Positions 13,822 to 24,202 of a DNA stretch of 64,000 nt are shown in pieces. The notes beneath the pieces are model-generated. The model had not been told where the DNA came from. It searched no databases and saw nothing but the letters and a program-made list of their open reading frames with translations. This DNA is from Eledone cirrhosa (taxonomy: Eukaryota), in contig OZ024742.1 of assembly GCA_964016885.1 (NCBI GenBank), forward strand, positions 285,014,001 to 285,078,000, written 5' to 3'. The first letter of the stretch is position 1. Every line of letters starts with the position of its first letter. The position numbers and the translations under genes were made by a program.

Positions 13822-16032
13822 TTACTCTGTTGTGTGAACATGTTGGTGAATATTTAAAGTAGTTTTATGTGAAAATTCTTTACCACAGACATTACAATGG
13901 AATGGTTTCTCTCCTGTGTGTATACGTTTGTGAATAGTTAATATTATACTGGCAGAGAATACTTTATTGCAGATATCACACTGATATGACTTTTCTCTTG
14001 TGTGAATCCGTTTGTGAAGTGTCAAATACTCATTGCGAGAGAATGCCTTACCACATGTATCACAGTGGTATGGTTTCTCCCCAGAGTGAATATGTTTATG
14101 TCTAACTAAATATCTTTTCTGTGCAAATATCTTACCACAGACATCACACTGGTGCAATTTTTCACCAGCATAAAAATGTTCATAAGAACTAAAATTTTCA
14201 CTTACAGCGAGACCAGAAGCATCACAATTGTAAGGGTTTTCACCTGTGTGAATATGTTGGTGCCTAATTAAATATCTCCTCCGTGCAAACTTTTTACCAC
14301 ATACATCACATTGGTATGGTTTCTCACCTGTGTGAACATATTTGTGACGAGTTAAATCCCCACTTTGAGAGAAAGCTTTACCACAAACATCACATTCATA
14401 TGGTTTCTCCCCTGTATGAATACGCTTGTGACATCTTAAATAATCATTCCGAGAGAATGTTTTACTACAGACATCACACTGGTATGGTTTCTCCCCTGTG
14501 TGAATAAGTTTGTGAGAAGTTAAATAGCCGTTTCTTGTGAATGCTTTACCACAGATATCACAGTGGTATGGTTTCTCACCTGTGTGGATATGTTTGTGCC
14601 TCATTAAATATCTTTTACGTGAAAATATTTTGCCACAGATATCACATGGGTGTGGTTGGTCTGAGTGAATAAGTTTATGATAAGTTAGATTTTCAATTAC
14701 AGTGAATTTTTTACCACAGATATCACACTGGTAAGGTTTCTCAATAGTATGAATACGTTTATGGCGTGATAAATCTCCACTTATGGAGAATGATTTGCCA
14801 CAGACATCACAGTGATATGGTCTCTCACCTGTGTGAATATTTCGATGGTTACTTAAATGTCCACTTTGAGAAAATGCTTTTTGACAGATATTACATTTGT
14901 ATGGTTTCTCATCTGAATGAATACGTTTATGAGAAGTTAAATTTCCACTTGTTGAAAATGATTTACCACAGATATCACATTGGTAGGGTTTTTTCCCTGT
15001 GTGTATACGTTTATGACATGTTAAATGTCCACTCCCAGAGAACCTTTTCCCACACACATCACATTCGTATGGCTTTACTCCTGTATGAACACGTACATGA
15101 CGTTTCAAATAATCATTCCGAGAAAATGTTTTACTACAGATGTCACACTGGTACGGTTTCTCTCCTGTGTGAATAAGTTTATGATAAGTTAAATATCCAT
15201 TTTGCGAGAATGCTTTACCACATACATCACATTCATATGGTTTTTCATTACCATGAATACGTTTATGGATAGCTAATGTTCTCATTTCAGAAAATATCTC
15301 CCCACAGGTATCACATCGATATGGTTTCTCTTCTGAATGAATACGTTTATGAGAAGTTAACCGTTCACCTGTAGAAAATGATTTACCACAGACATCACAG
15401 CGGACTGGTTTTTCTCCTGTGTGTATACGTTTGTGACGCTTCAAATTATCATTCCGAGAATATCTTTTACCACAGGTATCACAGTGGTATGGTTTCTCTC
15501 TTGTGTATGAACATTTGTGACGAGTTAATTTTGAATTGTCTGAGAATGTTTTACTACAGATATCACAGTGGTATGGTTTTTTATTTGTGTGGACGTTTTT
15601 ATGATTTGTCAGGCTTTCAATATCAGAGAATATTAGTAGACATATGTCACATGTGTAGAATTTCTTTCTTATATCTAACCGTTTCCCCAGAGATGAATCT
15701 TTATCAGATTTTGTTTCATGAGATAAGCCTGTATTATCAGATTTTGTCTCATGAGATAAGCCTGTATTATCAGATTTTGTCTCATGAGATAAGCCTGTTT
15801 TATCAGATTTTGTCTCATGAGATAAGCCTGTTTTATCAGATTTTGTCTCATGAGATAAGCCTGTTTTATCAGATTTTGTCTCATGAGATAAGCCTGTATT
15901 ATCAGATTTTGTCTCATGAGATAACCCTATATTATCAGATTTTGTTTCAAAAGATAAGCCTGTATTATCAGATTTTTCAAAAGATAAACCTGTATTATCA
16001 TGAATCTGACCCTTACATAAAACCTCTGCCAT
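13822..16032 (-). CDS. ZNF-A: tandem C2H2 zinc-finger protein, 736 aa (20 canonical + 2 degenerate fingers, N-terminal 11-aa repeats)
   Basis: Intact ORF with CxxC-x12-HxxxH repeats and TGEKPY linkers; upstream splice acceptor ttttattatttcag|GG at 16161/16160. Confidence 0.95.
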   Translation of the reverse strand: MAEVLCKGQIHDNTGLSFEKSDNTGLSFETKSDNIGLSHETKSDNTGLSHETKSDKTGLSHETKSDKTGLSHETKSDKTGLSHETKSDNTGLSHETKSDNTGLSHETKSDKDSSLGKRLDIRKKFYTCDICLLIFSDIESLTNHKNVHTNKKPYHCDICSKTFSDNSKLTRHKCSYTREKPYHCDTCGKRYSRNDNLKRHKRIHTGEKPVRCDVCGKSFSTGERLTSHKRIHSEEKPYRCDTCGEIFSEMRTLAIHKRIHGNEKPYECDVCGKAFSQNGYLTYHKLIHTGEKPYQCDICSKTFSRNDYLKRHVRVHTGVKPYECDVCGKRFSGSGHLTCHKRIHTGKKPYQCDICGKSFSTSGNLTSHKRIHSDEKPYKCNICQKAFSQSGHLSNHRNIHTGERPYHCDVCGKSFSISGDLSRHKRIHTIEKPYQCDICGKKFTVIENLTYHKLIHSDQPHPCDICGKIFSRKRYLMRHKHIHTGEKPYHCDICGKAFTRNGYLTSHKLIHTGEKPYQCDVCSKTFSRNDYLRCHKRIHTGEKPYECDVCGKAFSQSGDLTRHKYVHTGEKPYQCDVCGKKFARRRYLIRHQHIHTGENPYNCDASGLAVSENFSSYEHFYAGEKLHQCDVCGKIFAQKRYLVRHKHIHSGEKPYHCDTCGKAFSRNEYLTLHKRIHTREKSYQCDICNKVFSASIILTIHKRIHTGEKPFHCNVCGKEFSHKTTLNIHQHVHTTE
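15700..15999 (-). repeat. Coding 33-bp minisatellite (~9 units, SD[NK]TGLSHETK)
   Basis: Directly visible tandem units 'tatcagattttgtctcatgagataagcctg[ta/tt]t'. Confidence 0.95.
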
Positions 16033-18402
16033 AATGCTGTCTGTTGTTCATTAAATATATATGTAAATCCTTTTTTTTACAATTTCATAAATTACTTCAA
16101 GGTTATAGAACTGAAAGTCACTTGTCTTCTTGATAATGCCATTCTTTGATGAGAAATTCCCTGAAATAATAAAACAGTATACGGTGAGACACATACTGTC
16201 ACTCAGTCTAGTCACTTATATATATATAAACAGAATATATATTCTTCAACAGTGTACACAGAAATATCACAAAGATATTGTCTGAGAAAATCTTTGTTGT
16301 TCAACTTTTAGAATAGACATATGGAAAGTGGTATTACAGTTCTCTCCCCTCTCGTGCTACTGAAAATATAATTTTTGGCAAGATTTTTCTGACTAAACGT
16401 CTTCCTACAACCAACCACATTACAGCATGAACTGGATGCAGTTTATTGTGCCACCAACTCTAGAGAGATTATCTGACATGACTTAAGGATCCCCTCTCTC
16501 CTGTATCAGTTTTTATTGTGACTACTCTCCCAGAGAGGTTGCTTTCACCATAATTTATGGAGCCCTGTCTACCCCATGCAGTCTTATTTTGGGGGAGTAA
16601 CTACCCTCCTAGATAAGCTGCTTTCCTCCCGTAGCTTTGAGAGCCCACATCTACAGTGTTCTCAATTTTTTACTATATTCAATAGTGTCTCATGACCAGT
16701 GTGCTCTGTGACTAGTATTCTTTCTTAACTGGTCTGCTCCGGTCTCTATTTATCATCATTGCTGGAGTCGAAGACCATGGACAATTGCACCAATTTTCAT
16801 CTATTGGATGCCATAAGTCTATGATTCCCATCAGAAAAAAAGTGACGTTGGTATGTCCCGAATCCTTTTTCAACCATTACTCAGAAGCTGGCAACTGAGC
16901 TGCAGCTCATCCACTTTCATCACAAGGATGAATATGTTGGCCACTTGAAAGGTTGTCACCAAGGTGACTAAGAAGTTCCATCTACTCCAGTTTTGAAATC
17001 AGTGATTCATCTCCAAGATAGACTGCCAGCCATGGCTAACAAGCTCTGTCTACCCAATTTCTTTTTTGTGCACTACTGGAGTTTGTCCCCCCTTTGACAG
17101 GTTTTGTTTTCTATCACACAAAGTGTCCAAAAGTCACCCTCTTCAAGCAAGCTTGGTGAGGTTGCCAGTTTAGTCTTTGACAATGAGACAAGTTGTTCCT
17201 TGTTCCATGTTACCAGTAATGACCGAGACTGACAATCTCTGTCAACAGTGTCTTCAATAACTGCAGTATTAAATGACCAGTTCTCACCAACATCTACAAT
17301 ATGTTCAATGCTCATTATTATCCCTGTTGAGCAGCTAATTACATTGTACTGATTGAACTCCACCTCATTGACTTGAAAAACTATTCTCCCACAGCTACTG
17401 ATAGTAAAGATATGACAAAGTGATCAAGTAATATGCTAGTTATAAAACTGGTGATATGACAAAATGCGCCCAGTCCACCCTGTTAGATGGTCGTTTTGGC
17501 ATCACAATAAAAAGCACCGTCCATACTGTAATATGGTTGGTGTTAGGAAGGTCATCCAGTTGTAAAAACATATCACAATGTCAAATCCATGAGAGCATTT
17601 AAAATAGACATTAAACGATGATAATGATGAAAGCATATAAATGCTGTAATTGTGACAGTGCATCTCACCTTCACAGTTCAGGCTAACCTCTATTACATCA
17701 ATGGTTAGAAGGTGATTCTCAGTCAATCTATTGCATATAAGAGTTATATTTCTCAAACCCTCTGTGAAGGGAGCAAATGAAAGACAATTTTCTATAATAC
17801 CATAAATGCTTGTATGTAAGTTACACCTTATTTCGAGGAAAAAACAACAACATAAAAACCAGCACATGACACCTACTGGACCTATAAAACACCAATTCAA
17901 ATCAAATACTGAGCAAAGTTGTATCTCAACTGGCGGAACAATTTCTAGAGTATAAATATCCAATATATAATCAAATGCTGTATACCAACAGCCACCAAAT
18001 GACATCTAAACAACCTATTCATATACAAATTAGTAACAATATTTCACTGTTCCAGATACTAAACTTCCATCTACTCGCGAGCCTTCAGCACACTGTCATG
18101 CAAAGGTTAATCTCATGGGGTGTAGTGTACGTCTATACATTCTAGTGGTACCCATAGAATGCACGGCAGTTTCTCTCGGTACATTTTGGTAACAGACCCG
18201 TGCCAGATTGCACGTTTTGTCACGAGCAGGAGTAAATGTAAACATAATCAGCTGGGAATTCCCCCCAAAATACTGGATACTTAAATATTCAGATGACTGA
18301 GTCACGGAAAATCCAAGCTCAAAATTGTGTCTGGATTAAAAGAAGTACCGGGTCATCAGCTGTCAGAAAAATGATGGTATGCCTCTATCATGATATTATT
18401 GA

Positions 18403-18590
18403 CGGATTGGCAGTATCGGTAGAGCGTCAGACACCATGCTTTGCAGCATAGAGTTATAGCCCTTTACTTTCTAAGCTCAAATCACGCCGAGGTTAGCTAG
18501 TTTTGTCTTTCATCCTTACGGGGTCGATAAAATAAAGCACCAGTAATGCACTGGAATAATTGCTGGCCTTGTGCCGAAAGAAACAATTAT
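18403..18590 (+). mobile_element. tRNA-derived SINE (family 1) in a ZNF-A intron
   Basis: Aligns along its length with the reverse complement of 5108-5300. Confidence 0.75.
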
Positions 18591-19466
18591 TGACAGGCGG
18601 AATACTTACTATTTTACTAAGAAACAGCTAGGTGATTGCTCGACTTAACGGTGGTCCGACCTGAAATAACAGTCAAATCTTCTTCAAATTATAATTTTAA
18701 AATGAAGAATACATTGTGTATTAAAATAAGATAAAGTCATTTCAGTCAGAGCTGATCTGGAGCTAAACAACAACGGTCAAAGGCTCCATCAAATAACACC
18801 GCATCGTCTTTAAAAAAAGGGCGGACAATGTAATCCAGAATATACATAAAGACGGGATGGCCACCGTTAGAGCGCTTTTGGTAATGCGTTTAGTCGATGA
18901 GGGTTAAACAATAAAAAGAACAGAGACCGGAAGTAACACCATTATGTCCCTTCTTAACGTCACAGAGCAGCACATAATTTAACCAAATGTTTGAGCCAAT
19001 GACGGAGCCTCTGCTCAGTTGCACGAACTGCTAAAAATAACAACCAAATCACACTCTTATTTGGTTAATGTAATTATAGATATACTATAACCGATTAAAA
19101 ATAAACGGGATAGTTGTAGTTGGAATGTTTTTGATTATAGGTCTGCTCGAACTAAACAACACAACCAACGATGTTTTTATAATTAATAAAGAAGTAGTAG
19201 CTATCGAAAGAAGACGTCTCGGTCAAATAAGATAATTGTTTATACTTTTGGCAAAAACTATAAGGGGCAATAAAATTATAAAACAAGTAGAAATGAAAAA
19301 AAATGAATCATAATTTATATTTTCTATCTAATTTGACACATTGATAATTACGATTATGTTTCATAACATGATAAAATAAAACGTTTTTAAAAGTAACTTG
19401 TTAAGGAATAATCAATACAAACTGTCTAAATATAGTAATGAGTAGAGATATATTTGCACAACTTAC

Positions 19467-19588
19467 TGTTTTTCTAATATCTTTCTTCAGTATTTGATAT
19501 AGCGAGGTGTAGAAATGTGAGTACATTGACAGACACAAATATTCCTAAAGACATTAGAGAGAGGAAGAGAACAAACTAAGTGATATAT
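19467..19588 (-). other. Predicted internal 5'UTR exon of ZNF-A
   Basis: Minus strand: tatatttcag|ATATATCAC...AGAAAAACA|gtaagt; homologous to 31189-31309 and 46559-46692. Confidence 0.75.
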
Positions 19589-19786
19589 CTGAAATATATA
19601 CATAACTCATTGATCCAATCAGCAGCCTTGCTTTCGTAGTTGAATATTCCATGTAGATTATGTAAAACAAAGAAATGTTCAGGGGCACAATTATAAAAGT
19701 AAATAAGGAAATGTGTGTGTGTGTGAGGGGGGGAGTCTTCGCTTTAGGTACATAAAATGGTAGGCAATAAAAGCAGAATGAAAGGT

Positions 19787-19820
19787 ACTTACTTTTTATT
19801 TGCGAAAAGAGTTTTACTAA
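19787..19820 (-). promoter_or_regulatory. Candidate first-exon donor of ZNF-A
   Basis: Minus strand aaaactcttttcgcaaataaaaa|gtaagt resembles ZNF-C aaaagtcttttgcgccatatttggag|gtaagt (45644). Confidence 0.45.
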
Positions 19821-20949
19821 TTATATATTTGTGTTTTTTTAACACGATTCTGTTCTCTCACAACAGACTGCAGTTAACTGCCGCCCACCTATAAATTAGT
19901 TCAAAAACGTACACCCATCTTAAACACCAAGATCTTAGAGTATCCCCTATGACCAACAGGTTAACCGCAGTACAGCACCGATACACACACACACACACAA
20001 ATATATATTCAATATGTTTCCGAAGAAGACGGTATGATCGAACCCAATATTATGTCTAATAGTATACAGTTCTATAACTGCTATAGATCAGTCAATATAT
20101 CAATATGATCAACCCTCCGAAATAATTTGCCATCGTTATCATTGTTAAAAAAAACAACATATATATATATATATATATAATACAGGGCCGGATTTAGGCC
20201 TTGGGGTTGCCCAGGGTACTTCAAGTTTGAGGGGCCCCTCATATACAAAAAATTAGAATACGTAGCAAACCCCCAATTTTACATGTGTTGGACAGGTTGT
20301 CACAGTCGAGACAAGACATATCGAAGCGACTTCATCTTACTCATACATTACATATTTATCATGATTTCGATGCCCTTCCTAACATAACCACTTTAAAGTG
20401 TTTACTGAGTCCATTGTTTTTGCGATACCAGCACAACCACTTTACACAGTTGACTAGGTATAGTCTATCATGGCACCAACACTAACAATTTACAGGGTGT
20501 ACTGAGCGCATTTTATCGTAGCACTTGTACAAAAGAGGTCGTCACATGCTTGGCTCGACTAAAGCATTCACTTGCCAAGCACTGTAGCCTCCGATCTCTT
20601 ACCACATCTTTTGTGTCTCACTACTTGTACCGTGTGGGCATGACTTTTGTATAATGGCATATCTTCAATCAGCTGATGTATGTATGGGGGAAAAAAACTT
20701 TCTCCGGCTACCAAACAATCTGATACTAGCTAAAGTTTAAGAAAGTGAAAGTATGTTATACTATGCTCATATATGAAATATATGAATGTATGGTAAATTT
20801 CAACGCGTTTCCATCGCTATCCTTCGGTGTAATGCTTTCTTTATTTTGTCTCCAGTGACCATGGAGCCCAGAGGGCTACACGTCGGATAGCGTTCTCCCA
20901 CATTGTTTTGGTACATGTTAAATCATAATTCAGTATTTCACTTGTTGAA

Positions 20950-21190
20950 GGGCGTAGTCTAATGGTTAAGGTTTTGGGCTCACTATCACGAGTTCCATAT
21001 CCAACCCTGGTGGTGTGTTGTATCCTTGAGCAAAGTAATTTTATTTCATATTACTTCAGTTGATTTAGCTGAAAATGAGCATCAACGACAGCTATGAGTT
21101 AACCCTATCCTGGACTGACGTCTCGTTCAGGAGTCTTCTACTTTTAATAGTTTAGTGACCATGAAACAAGGACAAGCTGCATGCTTCTTG
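20950..21190 (+). mobile_element. tRNA-derived SINE (family 2), degenerate
   Basis: GGCGTAGTCTAATGGTTAAG A-box-like head and 'ccttgagcaa' core; similar to 31425-31685. Confidence 0.6.
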
Positions 21191-22743
21191 GAGAAGCAGG
21201 TGTTAAACAATAATTCATATGTCGCCCATTTTATTTTAATACCAAAAATCGGAAAAATTATCGTGTAATTAACCAAGATTGACGTTATTTAGATATGCAA
21301 ATTAACTGGTCAATTTTACATACATTTGAAGCTAAACCAGTGATTCTGAACAAGGAACAATTTTAAAATAAAGATGGGAGGGGGTTTCTAAATTTTACAT
21401 TATATCTTTTTAACATCAAATATGTTTTTATATCGAATAAAGTTGTCGGGGGGGGGGGGGGGGTACATGTCGTGGTGGGACATGAATAACAAGGTACGAG
21501 AATGTGCCACCCAAGTCAGTCCTTGAGTTTTCCTCACTCCCTCTTCAAAAAAACAACAATTCTTTTTTTTTTTTAAGGAAGCAATTATACCTCATACAAC
21601 TAAGTAGAATTGCACTCCAAGTGATGGTGTTATTCACAAATAATCGCAATTATAAAAAAACAAAAACTTTTTGATGCTTAACTGCCCCCGGTATTAGATT
21701 TTAAAAAATTGGTTGTTTTAAAGTGCTTATCTAAAACCTTTTAATCGATTTTTATGAAAGAACCTTTAAGTTATGTTGCCAACACTAACTTAATAGTAAG
21801 AAACTTCATTCTATTATTAAATTCCTTCAAATTCTTGATTATTTAAAAAATTATTTTAAAATTATAGGCAGTCTTTCATTAGAAATATGGTAACGAAAGG
21901 TTTAAAGAGTCCATTTCAATTAAATACTAAATATATAATAATTTATCACATGGGCTTTTATCTAACTCTTATGAGACAATTCCAATATATGTTATTTAGT
22001 GATTCTAGTACAAATTTTTACCATCATGTCATATTTTATAATAATGGTATTTAAAAAAATAAATGTAGATATAGCTGCAACTAAGTGCCCGGCTCTGGCC
22101 TTGTTTCCACACGACTTTCTTAATAATGTGCGCATTTTCTAAAGTGCAGGATGCAATTGTGATGAAATTAAACAAGAAAAAAAGAAAATATAAATTTTTT
22201 TTTTTGCCAATTCATGGTCGTAGAAATGACATTATGTTCCTGCAGAAAATCTTCACTATCAACATGAAAATTGGAAGGCTTGATGAAAAAAATGTCCAAG
22301 ATTATATTTAAGCTTACTATAAATACAAATTATGTAGTCAATGATGGTTTTTAATTTTGGCATAATGCCAGCAATTTTGGGGGGAAGAAAAGTCAATTAT
22401 ATCAACTCTAATACTTGACTGGTACTTTATTTTATCAACCATGGAAGGAGGAAAGACATGCACATTTCTAACCAATATATGTGTCTTTCCTCTCTAAACC
22501 ATGTGCGTTGGTTTTAGTTATCTATTATCTCTCTACACGTGAAGTTCATATTGGTAAGGCCACTCACTGAAGAGCTACCTGTCTGGATGTTTACAGTTAT
22601 AATGGTTGGTTTGTATATTTTAATTAATTCTTTTAATTAATTTGTATTCACCATTCGATCCGTAATTAATATGTTCATCACCCCAGTGGTTTTATATCCC
22701 CTATAATCGAACACATATATTTATGTGTATTTCTCTCCTTATA

Positions 22744-22884
22744 TATATATATTTAATATAGAAATGGCTTCTACAGGACTAGAACTGTTTCATTCAAAGG
22801 AAATCATGAGGGTTTTCCTGATGATTTCCTTTGAATGAAACAGTTCTACTCCTATACAAGCCATTTCTATATTAAATATCTATA
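22744..22884. repeat. Long inverted repeat (~60-bp arms, 13-nt spacer)
   Basis: atttaatatagaaatggctt...aaggaaatcat pairs with atgatttcctt...aagccatttctatattaaat, few mismatches. Confidence 0.9.
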
Positions 22885-22959
22885 CTCAGCTATATATTGA
22901 GTACCTTACTTACTGTGGTTACCCCCAATTGAACCTGGCATACACACACATATATATAG

Positions 22960-24197
22960 TTCTATGGTGGAACTAGAGAAGAAATTCCAAACATGGAAGC
23001 AGCGACTAAAAAGAAGGAGTCTCAAAGTCAACCTGACAAAGACTAAGGTCCTCGTAAGTAGACGAGAAAACAGAACCCAGATCCCCTCAAAGAAATGGCC
23101 TTGCTCAGTATGTAGGAAAGGTGTAGGTAGGAATTCCATCCTCTGACCCAAATGCAAACTATGGGTACACGAGATGTAGTGGGATCTCAGGAAGTTTAGT
23201 TAAGAATGTAGGCTTTACATGTAGCAGTTGCAATGGGACAGTAAGCAATAAACAGCTACAGGAAGCAAGCACTACAAAACTCTAGGAGGGCTCTGTAGAA
23301 ACAGAAGACAGCTTCTGCTACCTAAGTGACCGAATTAGCAGCGGAGGTGGGTGTTCTGAAAGTACAGTAACCAGAGTAAGAATGGGATGGAAGAAGTTCA
23401 GGGAGCTATTACCACTGCTAGCTGCGAAAGGCTTTTCCCTCAAAATGAAAGGCAAACGGTATGATGCGTGCATACGAACAGAAATGTTATATGGTAGTGA
23501 GACCTGGGCATTGTGTGTAGAATACTTGCGTAGATTAGAAAGAAATGAAGCTTGTATGCTCCAATGGATGTTTAATAGTAATATACGCGAACGGCAAAGC
23601 ATAAATGAATTAAGAGAGAGACTAAGCAGAAGAGGAATCAAATGCTGTGTGCAGGAGAGGAAGTTGCGTTGGTATGGACATGTGATGCGTATGAAGGATG
23701 ACAGCTGCATAAAAAGGTGCAGAGCCCTAAAAATCGATGGAAGCCTTGGAGTGGAGAGACCCAAGGTGACTTGGGATGAGGTGATAAAAGCTGATCTTGC
23801 CCAATTGCATCTCTCAAAGGCGATGATACAGGACCGAGACCTTTAACATTATGCAGTAATACAGAAGACCTGACTTCCCACGGGTACAAGCCGAAGCTGA
23901 AGCATATAGACAGTATGCCCGCCACCCCCACTGTAATGTGATCTTGTAGGTGTCACGACAAAAATCACCCAGTCCACACTGTAAAGTGGTCGTGTAGGCA
24001 CCACGGTAAAAAAGCATCCAGTACTCAATGTAAATGAGGTTGGTGTTAGGAAGCGCATCCAGCTGTAGAAATCAAGCCAGAATCAGTTCCATATGAACAA
24101 GACATGGTCACCTGCCTTAGCATTGCCCACAACAGGACAACCCATCTAACCCATGCTAGCATGGAAGAATGTACGTAAAACAGTGATGATGATGATA
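22960..24197 (+). mobile_element. 5'-truncated RTE LINE (RT C-terminus, 3'UTR, (GAT)n tail)
   Basis: KVNLTKTKV, KWPCSVC, GWKKFRELLPLL, YGSETW, LRWYGHVMR motifs; tail gatgatgatgat. Confidence 0.9.
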
Positions 24198-24202
24198 TAT
24201 AT

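Noticed and set aside
15700-15999. 33-bp and 48-bp (43385-43560) arrays as CRISPR
   Set aside because: Head-to-tail repeats with no unique spacers, no cas genes, eukaryotic context.
14283-16034. Antisense and alternate-frame ORFs over the ZNF genes (also 39432-39920, 50891-51922)
   Set aside because: By-products of periodic finger and minisatellite codons; no independent domain.
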